Positions 1 through 10,094 of a DNA stretch of 64,000 nt are shown here, piece by piece. Within the stretch, counting starts at the first letter, position 1; each line of letters starts with the position of its first letter. The notes below the pieces were generated by a model. It did no database searches. It was not told the origin of the DNA and was given only the letters and a program-made list of their open reading frames with translations. This stretch comes from Promethearchaeota archaeon (lineage in GTDB: Archaea > Asgardarchaeota > Lokiarchaeia > Sigyniarchaeales > SOKP01): positions 1 to 64,000 of the forward strand of contig JAFGGO010000061.1 of the NCBI GenBank assembly GCA_016930515.1, given 5' to 3'. Position numbers and translations under genes: made by a program.

Positions 1-163
1 AAGACTTCCTTCGCTTTCATGAATAGTAATAAACATTTTTTATTATAAAAATCAAATGAGTCTAATGATTTTTAATAAAAAAATAGACCATATTTATTAT
101 TTATGGAGCACATGGACTGAAAATTTTTAAATGAAAAAATGGAAGGAATGAGGGCATGTATGA

Positions 164-1030
164 TTAGTACAAATACCACATCCATTCGATAGCTTCAAAA
201 AAGCTTATTTTATTGCATACATTAAATTGGAAGTAATTTTGGATTATTTTTACTAAGAATCGAAGGTATATTTCGCTAATTTTAATTTTATGTCGTTTTT
301 TAAGATAATCAATAATATAAGAAGGTAAAATTTTCTTGTTCTTCTCTTGATTCTCGATATATTCCATTATTTCACCTGACAACTTGAAAGCCTTGAAAAT
401 TTCGTTTTTTATCTTAATTAGAGCGGCTATGCGATCTTTTTCGGCGTTAAGAAACGAGTGAACGATCGCAGTTTCAACTTCAATGTTCTTAGGATTTAAA
501 AAGTTTGACTTGTCCCTGATGATGGTCTCGTTTTCCAGCACTATACAATCTTTCATTGATTTTTTCTCCTTTCCGTACTTCCACCTTTCAATTATTAATA
601 GCTCGGGTTTGAATGAATTTTTAAAAATGAATTGCACGAAATTATTCAAGTGCTTGGCAAGAATAGCATTATCGTTTAAAAAAACTACTTTTTTCTTATG
701 AAAGCAGCATTTTAAGAGGTAAGCAAGATTTATCGCAAGAAAATTGCTACTAATCAATAAAATATCCAGATCCTTTAATTCTGGCATGTCAATGTGAAGT
801 AATTCTTCGTAAGTTTTAATTTCAGGGAGTTTGAGCTTGAAATCAACTATAAAACAATCGCGAACCTCGTTATTACCGTCAATATAAGCAATAAAGGAAT
901 GATTGCAAATCACTTTTTCGTGGATATCAATTGAAGTCACTCCTTTTTCGTTTCTTGGAAGTTTATCAATTTCTAAATTAATATATCCAACTTGCTTACA
1001 AGAGGGACACCTTATTTGAATACTTGCCAC
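164..1030 (-). CDS. Lokiarchaeal-type hypothetical protein with N-terminal zinc ribbon
   Basis: 288-aa ORF; CPSC...CNHSFIAYID N-terminus; central LLKCCFHKKKVVFL segment weakly DENN-core-like. Confidence 0.6.
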   Translation of the reverse strand: MASIQIRCPSCKQVGYINLEIDKLPRNEKGVTSIDIHEKVICNHSFIAYIDGNNEVRDCFIVDFKLKLPEIKTYEELLHIDMPELKDLDILLISSNFLAINLAYLLKCCFHKKKVVFLNDNAILAKHLNNFVQFIFKNSFKPELLIIERWKYGKEKKSMKDCIVLENETIIRDKSNFLNPKNIEVETAIVHSFLNAEKDRIAALIKIKNEIFKAFKLSGEIMEYIENQEKNKKILPSYIIDYLKKRHKIKISEIYLRFLVKIIQNYFQFNVCNKISFFEAIEWMWYLY

Positions 1031-1233
1031 GAAGTGAACCTTACTATTTTTCTTTGAAGATCAAGGATTTTTCCATATTACAAGTAAATACATATCCTAA
1101 TAAATCTAGTGGATATTTAACATTTTTGTAAAAGGTGGAGCTTCTAGTAAAATTTAAAATTCAAACCTATTGTTATTATGATTTATCCATTAATGTTAAT
1201 GTTAATAGACTTAATGCTGTAAAAAATTTCTTG

Positions 1234-1632
1234 TTATTGAACTAACCATTCTTTTGCTTCTTCCATGGTGTCAAATGGCTTCGCTCCGACTTTTGAAAAC
1301 TTATTAACCACATTTAATAATATTTTTTTCACCCCTGTGATTCCCAATACGGCTGTTTTTCTAAGAATTTCTTTGGATGCTTTTCCAGCATTGTTAAACG
1401 CATTAACCGTTTCCTTGTTGGCAAAGCTATCCCTAACATCAACGATAACCAGCAAATCTTTCTTGCCTGTTTTTAAGGTCAAACTGACGATTGCATTAAT
1501 CATCGAGGGAAATACGTCTCCTTGAAGGTTCCTATAATCGTCGATGAGAATTTCTTTGCCTTTATGCGTTATCCATTTCATTCGCGACTTCGCTTCTTCT
1601 AAAATTTCGGGTACTATTTCTAAATCAGACAT
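1234..1632 (-). CDS. STAS/SpoIIAA-like (SEC14-like) domain protein
   Basis: ITHKGKEILIDDY...LVIVDV...KTAVLGITGVKKILL...FDTMEEAKEWL pattern. Confidence 0.7.
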   Translation of the reverse strand: MSDLEIVPEILEEAKSRMKWITHKGKEILIDDYRNLQGDVFPSMINAIVSLTLKTGKKDLLVIVDVRDSFANKETVNAFNNAGKASKEILRKTAVLGITGVKKILLNVVNKFSKVGAKPFDTMEEAKEWLVQ

Positions 1633-1876
1633 TCGATTATCATTGCACGCTCTTTAAATGAAAAAATAATATATTGCCCTAATTTAAATATGTGGCTTTA
1701 ATAATATAAAAACAATAGAAGCTTTCCTTCTTGCTTATATATTTACATTGAAGTGTCTGGATAAATTTTGTTCGTACTATTAGGATTACAGGTTATTTAA
1801 AAGCGAATTTTTAAAAATCCGTGTTGTGATTATTCATTTGATCCAATAAAGATTTTTTTTAATTCGAGGTGTATAA

Positions 1877-2098
1877 GAAACGACCGAGAACGAAATAATA
1901 GAGTACGCCCATTGTAAGGTTGAAAAAGAAAAGAAAGAGGACGCTAAAAAGCCTCACATTAAAATCACCTGGGACAATCAATCAAAATCTCCCCAAGTCC
2001 CTCACATTCGAGTCATGTGGGACAACGAAAATCCCGGCAAGGTAAAGATCGAAATCGATGGGGAAGAAAAGGACATAAGCGAAATTCGAAAAGCGTGA
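1877..2098 (+). pseudogene. Start-less 3' gene fragment with internal PHIxxxWDN repeat
   Basis: Frame open from TAA 1874-76 to TGA 2096-98: ETTENEIIEYAHCKVEKEKKEDAKKPHIKITWDNQSKSPQVPHIRVMWDNENPGKVKIEIDGEEKDISEIRKA*; decayed paralog at 4244-4352. Confidence 0.6.
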
Positions 2099-2326
2099 AT
2101 CTTTGCGTTCGTCTTGATTAACAAGGTTTTTTATTAGCTCGTTTCTTATTCGAATAATTAAGAATTGCACTAAAATATCAATATCCATTCTATATATTTG
2201 ATAATAAAGGTATTGCACAATTCACCCACATGCATTTATATACCTTAGTTGATAGGTTATCCTTAAACCTTTATATAAAATTCACGAAAGCAGAATCCAG
2301 AATTAATCTTACAAAAGGCGAAAAAC

Positions 2327-2833
2327 ATGATTAAAAGAAATAAAATTATTTTGGGTATTATACTCCTTTCTTCAATTCTCGTACCGAGCGTTTCATTTGG
2401 TATCTACGCATGTGGAAATACACCCGTTCATCGAATTAATAATAGAGGAATTGATCCCGTCGGAGATGTTTCAAATCCTGACATTGATATTGTAGAATAT
2501 CGTTCCCATGGATCTTCAGACGGATCAACAATGATTGTGGAAATTAATGTTCTTGGAAAAATCAATGAAAGTTATTCTTATAGGTTTACAGTAGTTGCCA
2601 AAACTCTTTCAGACACAACAGGCCACATATACAGTTTTTTATTCAATGATGGGGAATGCGATGAAGGTTTTATTACCGAAATAGAAAATTCGACCATTCG
2701 AATGATTTTTCCAATGTCTCGACTTTCCCCCACTGATTATGTGATTGGAATTGAAGTTCTTGCAACCGATATATTCGAACGAGATTTAACCCCCGAAGTG
2801 AGAAACGCTTCGATAGCCCACCTATATTGGTAA
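2327..2833 (+). CDS. Secreted/membrane-anchored hypothetical protein
   Basis: Basic N-terminus plus hydrophobic signal; DPVGDV..PDIDI beta-rich domain. Confidence 0.65.
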   Translation: MIKRNKIILGIILLSSILVPSVSFGIYACGNTPVHRINNRGIDPVGDVSNPDIDIVEYRSHGSSDGSTMIVEINVLGKINESYSYRFTVVAKTLSDTTGHIYSFLFNDGECDEGFITEIENSTIRMIFPMSRLSPTDYVIGIEVLATDIFERDLTPEVRNASIAHLYW

Positions 2834-2881
2834 GATATATTGAATGTAGGGTTCAGTATTTCTTCCGATTAATAAAAATCC

Positions 2882-4051
2882 CTATTTTTTTAACTCTAAT
2901 ATACAGTTAATTAAAAAGATTGCAATGCAGATCACGCCAAAAACGAAAAAGGGAAATACCAAAGATATTTCTGCAAATAATCCCGCTATTAGCGGAGACA
3001 ACGAGCTACCCAAACCTATGGCGCTTTCGAATAATCCTGCTTTTGCGCCTTTTGCTTCTTTTTCGCTGTGGAGGAGCAACTCTAATGCGGATTTATAAAT
3101 CAAACCAGAGAAAATCCCCAAGAAAAGAAGCATCACTAATAGGAGATAAATATTCGTAATAATAATTAAAGAGAATAAAGAGAACGCAATACCTAGATAA
3201 GATAAATTAATGCGATTGAATTTACTTTCAATAATCCTACTCGCTATGAAATATGCCGTCCTTCCAAAGCCGTAAGCAAAAAGTAAAAGACCAATAATGG
3301 GCCCAAATAGTCCTAACCCATCAGGTCTTTTTGCGTAATCTGCGTAATATATTAAAATGAGCCTACCTATCATCGCATATACGAACATTCCAAACAAAAT
3401 TCTTACTAGGAATGTATTATAATTCTTTTTTGAATCTGATTGCGGAGATAAACTCTCCTTAGACTCGAGAATGTGGTTTTCCTCGATTTTCGTGCGCTTT
3501 GAATTGATAAATAAAGCTACAAAACTAAAACCAACGATGAAAAAAAGGAATATGATAAAAAATGCTATTTTAACATCGAGTTCGGAAAATATCCCTGCTA
3601 AAAATGGACCTATCATGAACCCAATGCTCCAATATAGGCAAAAATTCGAGATTGCTTTCTGATGGTTCTTCTTTGTTGAACTCGTGTGTTCTGAAATGTG
3701 TGCTTCGATTGAAGGCCAGAAAAATCCGTTCGCACAACCCAATAAAATTTGACCGAAAATTAAATGAGCGATATTTGAGGCAATTACCAAGTAATACAGC
3801 GAAATTGCTACTTGGCACGATGTTGCAATCATTAGAGAATACTTTCGGGGTAATTTATCGCCTAACCTTCCAAATAAAGCAGCCGTGATGACATATGTAG
3901 AACCATATGCTGCCCCAATCAATCCAGTTTGCAACGGCGAGGCACCTAATATCACTCCGTATAGCACGCTTAATACTTGCAGCAAGGATAATCCGAGGTC
4001 CCCTATGAATGCAAGAGGAAATACGAATAATAACGAAGCTGATTTCTTCAT
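2882..4051 (-). CDS. MFS transporter
   Basis: About 12 hydrophobic segments; motif A GRLGDKLPRK. Confidence 0.9.
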   Translation of the reverse strand: MKKSASLLFVFPLAFIGDLGLSLLQVLSVLYGVILGASPLQTGLIGAAYGSTYVITAALFGRLGDKLPRKYSLMIATSCQVAISLYYLVIASNIAHLIFGQILLGCANGFFWPSIEAHISEHTSSTKKNHQKAISNFCLYWSIGFMIGPFLAGIFSELDVKIAFFIIFLFFIVGFSFVALFINSKRTKIEENHILESKESLSPQSDSKKNYNTFLVRILFGMFVYAMIGRLILIYYADYAKRPDGLGLFGPIIGLLLFAYGFGRTAYFIASRIIESKFNRINLSYLGIAFSLFSLIIITNIYLLLVMLLFLGIFSGLIYKSALELLLHSEKEAKGAKAGLFESAIGLGSSLSPLIAGLFAEISLVFPFFVFGVICIAIFLINCILELKK

Positions 4052-4183
4052 TTAATACCATCAAATCTCTGATAAATTGCTACGACAGAAATAAATGATA
4101 AAATCAAGCATTTGAATAATAGTTTATGACAATAAGATATTAAATAATAGACCTCCTAAAGTAATATATTTCTTTTTTAATGA

Positions 4184-4242
4184 CTATTTAGGAGGATCTC
4201 TATGTATTCGAGTTCAGACATCCACTTGATCGACGGATCGTA
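4184..4242 (-). pseudogene. Remnant 3' end of a paralog of the OB-fold gene at 5016
   Basis: Encodes YDPSIKWMSELEYI(+2 nt)DPPK* versus YDPSIKWVSEIEHIDPPKK*; many differences synonymous. Confidence 0.8.
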
Positions 4243-4243
4243 A

Positions 4244-4352
4244 TCCCCTCAAATCCCCCCATTAGAGTAGTTTGTCACAATGAGAATTCTTAAAGGGTAA
4301 AAATCGAAATCGACGAGCAAATAAAGATATCAGCGAAATTTGGAATAAATGA
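4244..4352 (+). pseudogene. Decayed paralog of 1988-2098
   Basis: SPQIP.IRVVCHNENS*RVKIEIDEQ.KDISEIWNK* aligns to SPQVPHIRVMWDNENPGKVKIEIDGEEKDISEIRKA* with two 1-nt deletions and a stop. Confidence 0.8.
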
Positions 4353-4415
4353 GTTAAAAGCCTCTCCCGGGGTTAGCTCAAGCAATTGTAATGTATAATT
4401 TTTGCCCGTACTCCT

Positions 4416-4850
4416 TTATTCTTTATTCAAAACAAAAAGACTGGTAGATCCTTTTGCAACAAGCTGTTTTTTTTCGTTTAATATTTTCCCGGACATGTAC
4501 ACTAAACTATTGCCTTTATTTACTATTTTGGCAATAAATCTTACCTTTTCACCAATAAGCGCTTTTCCAATAAAGTCAATATTCATGCTCGTTGTAATGG
4601 CTGAGACTTTATCTCCTGGATGGTTGGCTAATATACCAAGAACATCGCATAACATCGCAGCTCGAATACTACCGTGAAGAATTCCAAGTGGATCAGCCAT
4701 TTCCGGTCGGACCTCAAATTCGCATTCCATGATGTTATTATCTACGAAAATTAATTTCGGATTAAGCCATTGCGTTACTGAGTTCATGATATTGCTTTCC
4801 ACCGATGATAAATACTTGCCTTCAAGAGCTTTTAGTTCAATTATATCCAT
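4416..4850 (-). CDS. PaaI-family hotdog thioesterase
   Basis: MADPLGILHGS..AAMLCD and TTSMNIDFI motifs. Confidence 0.85.
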   Translation of the reverse strand: MDIIELKALEGKYLSSVESNIMNSVTQWLNPKLIFVDNNIMECEFEVRPEMADPLGILHGSIRAAMLCDVLGILANHPGDKVSAITTSMNIDFIGKALIGEKVRFIAKIVNKGNSLVYMSGKILNEKKQLVAKGSTSLFVLNKE

Positions 4851-5015
4851 ATTTCTCGTTATTTACATTATTTAATGCGGATGACCGCGTTTTGTGTGAT
4901 ATTTTTTTAGAGATAGTTGAGAAAATAATGTAAGTGAATAATATTTTACGACACACGGAAATAAAGACAATAGTGAATAGGCGTGTATTTATATCCTTGT
5001 ACGAAGCACTTTTAG

Positions 5016-5306
5016 TTATTTCTTAGGGGGATCTATGTGTTCGATTTCAGAGACCCACTTTATGGAGGGATCGTAAAGATCGTTTTCAGGAGGAATCAAG
5101 CGTCCTTTCACGCGAATCCATTGCCCAACTCTTGGAAGAAAGCCATACTGATTGATTTTTGAAGCATTCACTAGTACAGAATAATAATCGTTTCCAGAAA
5201 GCACGCGCAAGGATAAATAACCGTAGGTATAGCTTCGCGTCATCCTTTTTTCACCATGTCTCACTTCGACGATCTTACCTTTAATCGATATATCTCCTGG
5301 GTTTAT
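5016..5306 (-). pseudogene. OB-fold nucleic-acid-binding domain, apparently 5'-truncated
   Basis: Frame extends past the called GTG to *INPGDISIKGKIVEVR with no Met; GQWIRVKG OB-fold strand. Confidence 0.6.
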
Positions 5307-5328
5307 CTATATAGCATCTTCTTAGCAT

Positions 5329-6240
5329 TTATTGATAACTTTTTAAATCTAATAATTCTTGAAAATTAGAATAAGTCCATTTTATCTTAACTTCCTCAAA
5401 TTCACTTTCTAAAACATCGATAACACTAATATCGACCAAAAAAAGAATATTCTTTTTATTCACTATTCCAAGAATAGTAAGGATTTGTGTAAATATTTTT
5501 ATGATACCTTTTTTTCTTTGTTGACCAAAATACAATTTTATACAGGAATATGGTTTTAAATTTCCATCTTTATTGTCGTCTGAAAAGGTTAGGATCTTCA
5601 CATTATTTTTGGTTTTTATTAAATCATCATATTTTTTAAAAACAAGTCCATCTTTAGTGAGTAAACGAAAGTTAAAATATTTTTTAACAATATTTTTTAC
5701 CCGTGCATCGTCAAAGTTATTTATTCCTTTTAAAAAAGTCTCGCGAACATTTTTTACGATTTCGTTTGTTTTAACATTTTTCTCGTTTAAAAACTCAATA
5801 TAGGCATCCAAACAATTTGGTAAGTTCTGTGTAATATGTTGTCTTAAAATTTGAATTTGAGTTCTCCATTTCTCATTGAATTGAATATTGCTTCTTGAAA
5901 GATCTAAATCGATTGAATTTCTTAGAAAATTTAGGTCGTATTTTATCAAACGGTTAGAAAACTCTGAATTATCTTCCAAATAGTGTATTTGATCAGAAAC
6001 AAGTATTCCACCATAAGAGATTCTTTCACTAGGCCCTAAAGGAAATGATCTTCTTTCTCCGGGGACGATACTTACCACGCCTTCCATTCCAGCTTCCTTG
6101 ATCTCAAAGTTAGAGTAAAATTCTTCAAAAGATTCGGGAAGAACGAAAAATTTTTCCCCATTGACTTTTGAAGATCCCTTATTAGAAATAAAGGTTACAG
6201 GTATTTCAATGTGAGCGAGATATTTTCTCAGTAAATTTCC
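5329..6240 (-). pseudogene. 5'-truncated C-terminal fragment of a larger unknown protein
   Basis: Called N-terminus (6240-6450) is the antisense of the LRR ORF; junction about 6235-6250. Confidence 0.55.
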
Positions 6241-8262
6241 AAGTATAATCCATACATCAAGGACGCTGCCGTATTCGATTACTTGCGTTCGAATGATTTC
6301 TTTGGAGGATATCGCCCAATTATAAAAAATTGCCACATTTACAAAGTTAAGTTTAAACAAGCACCGAAATTGAAAGACCTGTTCTGGACCTTGGAACACC
6401 TCGAAACCCTGGATCTCGAGAACAACTCGATCGAATTCAAGGAAAACCACACTATCAAGGAATTAAACATAACTTGTACCATAACATCCAAGGATCGAGT
6501 GCGGTTAAATCTTCACGAATCCGTACACTTGCTTAAAAACTTAAAAAATCTTAGTATAAACGGTTTCCACGAAATTAACTTTCCCGAATCGCTTATAGAC
6601 CTAAAAAACCTGAAAAAGATCGTCATTTATTCGAAAGACTTGATGAACTTGCCTGAAGTCTTGTTTAAATTGACTCAATTTCATAACATAATCATTGACA
6701 GCAGAATGAGCGATGCTGAAAAAAATAAAATCGAAGAAAATTACGATTACAATAATCCACACATTATCGTAAAGTGTTCTGCTAACACGATATTAGAAGG
6801 ACTCGAACTTCCCTCGCACATCTCAAATTTCACGTTCGTTGCGAAAAACCTCCCTCAAGAAATGATCTTTCGATCTAAAGTGAAAAAATTAGTAATCATC
6901 GAAGTTAATAATGCTAGCTATTCGTTCCTAAACGGAGATCTATACACGGAAGAATTAGGTGCTGGAAACTACTTTCTAAAAAGCAACGACATGACATTTT
7001 TTCCAACCTTTACAGTCGATCCTCAAGAAATCGAGAATTTAATCATTCAAAACAGGAGGATAAATCAAATTCCAGAGTGGATATTTCAATCTCCTCACAT
7101 AAAACAATTATTAATATCCCAATACCAATTAAATTTTAATCGAGATTTCCAATCAATCGAAAAAGGCAGGTTCGAGATTTCAATCAACGATGGTTCCCGC
7201 TTGAACGCTAAAAATATTACGGCTCAAGTCGTTCAAGCAAGATTAGAATTACCTTCCATAAGAAATGTTCCCGAATTTGTGTGTCAAATCAAGAATATCC
7301 AGCATCTTATAATAACTTCAAGAAATCTCGACGATTTTGTAGGGTCATTCGGGAAAAACCACGCGAACCGCATTGAAATAAAATCCTATCACCAATTTGC
7401 ACTTACCAATGCTCTCAATTCCTATACTGAACTAACGCACTTGCAGCTTGACGGTTTAAATTTTGGATCTTTTCCTGCTGATCTCAAATTTCCAAGACTC
7501 AAGTTAGCTAGGCTCACGGAGAATTCTAATTTAAACCGACTTCCCCATTTTATCGCTCACACATCTCTAAAGATCGTTCACATCTATAAAAACATCGACC
7601 AATCTTATATTACCGACTTCTGGAACAACAATGATGATAATCGACTTGAAGTATTACCCTCTGTTCCAAGATTTTTTTTCGTTAACAACAACAATTTTAC
7701 CCACTTGATCGTATCCGGCTATAGAATGGAAATAGACACGACTGATTTCGACTTAAAATCCATAAAACACATGAGATTTGAAGATTTACCCGAATTGAAC
7801 AAGTACTTCCAATATTTCTCCAACGCAGATCTCATCGAAATTAACATCGCAAATGTAAGAAGCGTGCCCGACTGGATATTAAATTTTATAAACATTAAAA
7901 AAATCTTGTTAACCACTGAAGAAGTGCCATTTCAAGAAGAATTTTTCAACTCTGATGTAAAAAACACGCTCAAGCTTAAAATCCACAACGAATTTGATTT
8001 TGAATCCCTATCGAACTTGTCCGCTTATTCACACGCTTGTTTCGTCATTCACGACATTAATTTCTTGTCCAATAACCACATAATCTTGATAAACAATTCG
8101 AAACCAGTTCGAATTTTAAAAACGACCGATCCCGAGCGTTTCTGTAATAAATATCTTGGAATGCCCGATCCAGGCTACAGGTTGATTGTTTTCAACACTG
8201 AATGCGTATTACCTGGCGATTTTAATTCCTTTGTACGCTCAGAATCCGACACTTTCTCTTGA
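6235..8262 (+). pseudogene. Leucine-rich-repeat protein, probably 5'-truncated
   Basis: LEHLETLDLENNSI, LKNLKNLSI, IPEWIF, VPEFV, VPDWIL repeats; frame open without Met from TAA 6232-34 (ISKYNPYIKDAAVFDYLRSN...). Confidence 0.7.
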
Positions 8263-8306
8263 GCGTTTATTCCCTGACACCTGACCTCGATCCGACCTTG
8301 GTGCGC

Positions 8307-8325
8307 TTCATATCCACGACTTCGA
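8307..8325 (+). repeat. 19-bp direct repeat, copy 1 (isolated ibrB 3' end)
   Basis: ttcatatccacgacttcga identical to 9451-9469; 25/28 over 8303-8330; minus strand encodes FSKSWI*. Confidence 0.9.
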
Positions 8326-8421
8326 GAATTTTGGATTAGAAAGGATTTAACATCGAAATAATTAGGGAAATAGCGAGTTTAATGAACAAAAAAAAAGAAA
8401 TTAAGTATATTTTAAAATCCT

Positions 8422-9312
8422 TTAAACGGAACCCGCAGCAAGGGGTAAATTTGTTAAATCCACATCATTTCCATCTGGATTTATACCATCTGCTAAGATA
8501 TGAGTTTGGGTTGCTATTGGAGGTGACCAAAAAAGTACAGGACCCCATTGGCTCAACGCATATCCATGGTAATATTCAAATTTTACTTTTACATCTAAGT
8601 CCACAATGCGCTCATGGTGTACAAGAATATGACCAAATGATGGCTCTTCCCACACAATTCCATCGTTCCATTGTTTTGCAACATCGTTATGCACTTGAAA
8701 TTTTACGCAAGCCTGGAAATCATGTCCCCGGTAATGAGTGCTTTCGTAATACCCCAAATACCGATAACTATCTTGTATGGGGGGATTCACTTGAGGATGA
8801 GCACTATGCGAACATCCTTGGGTTGTAGATTGTGTACTAAAACTTAAGCCATAAAGCTGAAGCCCCACTGAATACTGCCACTCATCAGGTGTTGCTGAAC
8901 CATAATCCATGTCTCCGTTCCACGTTATCAAATCGCTTGGTGGGGCAGCCCAACGAGTTACAGTGAAGTGGTTATACGATCCCTTGATCGTTACATAATC
9001 GTAATATCTAGCAAATAGGTAGAAATATACTCTTACACCAGTAAACCAGCCATAATCCGAGAATGCTTGTTTTCCATATGTATAGACAGCATATTCTGTA
9101 AACCCTCCTTGCCCAGAATCGTCATATACCACATGTCCTGGTATTTGTACTTTAGATTTTAATTCATTTCCACCAACAACCCAGGTTCTATCTTCAACCC
9201 CACCACAAGTTATATAATCAGACGCATGGGCGTTTACAACCAAGGTAAGCAGGATAAAAACGGATGCGATGCTCCCTATAAGTAATACTTTCTTTTGAGT
9301 TTTAGATTTCAT
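8422..9312 (-). CDS. Secreted beta-rich, Tyr/Trp-rich hypothetical protein
   Basis: MKSKTQKK + hydrophobic core + AHA cleavage site; intact 296-aa ORF. Confidence 0.75.
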   Translation of the reverse strand: MKSKTQKKVLLIGSIASVFILLTLVVNAHASDYITCGGVEDRTWVVGGNELKSKVQIPGHVVYDDSGQGGFTEYAVYTYGKQAFSDYGWFTGVRVYFYLFARYYDYVTIKGSYNHFTVTRWAAPPSDLITWNGDMDYGSATPDEWQYSVGLQLYGLSFSTQSTTQGCSHSAHPQVNPPIQDSYRYLGYYESTHYRGHDFQACVKFQVHNDVAKQWNDGIVWEEPSFGHILVHHERIVDLDVKVKFEYYHGYALSQWGPVLFWSPPIATQTHILADGINPDGNDVDLTNLPLAAGSV

Positions 9313-9340
9313 AATTTATGTTCCTATTTTTATTTTTTGA

Positions 9341-9378
9341 TACCAGATAACCTGGTAAAGTCCTCAATTAACTATTGA
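9341..9378. promoter_or_regulatory. Two palindromic operator-like sites upstream of the secreted-protein gene
   Basis: TACCAG-N5-CTGGTA (9341-9357) and TCAAT-N5-ATTGA (9364-9378), next to a TTTAAA box at about 9380. Confidence 0.4.
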
Positions 9379-9450
9379 ATTTAAATATTATGAAACGATC
9401 AATCGAGGTTTGATCCAATCAATTGATTTAATCATTGATATTAAAAGCGA

Positions 9451-9469
9451 TTCATATCCACGACTTCGA
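9451..9469 (+). repeat. 19-bp direct repeat, copy 2 (stop region of intact ibrB)
   Basis: Identical to 8307-8325. Confidence 0.9.
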
Positions 9470-10087
9470 AAAGTCCCTGTTCTTGAACAGGTCTCCCAGC
9501 CCGACGAACTGCTTGAGCTTGAGCACCTCGTCCTTTTCCATGCCCAACTGCTCGGCAATCTTCTTATCGCTCACGCCCTTCAAGTATAGCTCGGCCACGA
9601 TGTCTGCCATGCCCCGAACCTCGTGCGTTCCTCGGGCGCGATTGTGCCTGATTGTCGACGCCATGCGCTCCACGATGGGCTTGTCGATGGTCACGACGGG
9701 AAGATATCCCCGAATCCGTCCCGCAACGTCCTCGTATTCCTTTCCGACCCTATTCCTGTGAAACCCGTCCACGACGACATACTTGTCGAGCTCCTTGTCG
9801 TGATAGGCCACGATGGGCTGCGTGTACCCGTCTTCCTTGATCGACAAGTGGAGCAGTCTCATTTCGGGCGGCGCCACCTTGTTAGGGTTGTAGTCGTTTC
9901 CCTCCACTTTATCGGCCGGTACCCACTGGATGAGGTCCACGGGCTCGGCGTTCAGGGGGCTCATCTCGAACAAGAGTCGCTTCATCTCGTTTGCAAGTAA
10001 GACTTTTTCAGCAAGCGGGAAATTGTTCACGTCCCGCAACAGTTTCTTAAATTCGCTCAATACCTCGTTTTTATCTCGTGCGCTCAT
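9452..10087 (-). CDS. ibrB: IbrB/YbdM-like ParB-N-domain protein
   Basis: NDYNPNKVAPPEMRLLHLSIKEDGYTQPIV, VVDGFHR, MASTIRHNRARGTH motifs. Confidence 0.9.
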   Translation of the reverse strand: MSARDKNEVLSEFKKLLRDVNNFPLAEKVLLANEMKRLLFEMSPLNAEPVDLIQWVPADKVEGNDYNPNKVAPPEMRLLHLSIKEDGYTQPIVAYHDKELDKYVVVDGFHRNRVGKEYEDVAGRIRGYLPVVTIDKPIVERMASTIRHNRARGTHEVRGMADIVAELYLKGVSDKKIAEQLGMEKDEVLKLKQFVGLGDLFKNRDFSKSWI

Positions 10088-10094
10088 CTTGCGA

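Noticed and set aside
4366-4383. ccggggttagctcaag resembling a tRNA 5' end
   Set aside because: No anticodon arm, T-arm or acceptor 3' strand follows
4184-5075. DGR template/variable repeat pair
   Set aside because: Differences are largely synonymous and not adenine-specific; no reverse transcriptase in the window
6241-6450. True bidirectional coding overlap of ORFs 5329-6450 and 6283-8262
   Set aside because: Minus-strand part reads as antisense of LRR codons; better explained by a truncation junction
8307-9469. CRISPR repeats
   Set aside because: Only two copies, 1.1 kb apart, matching a coding 3' end
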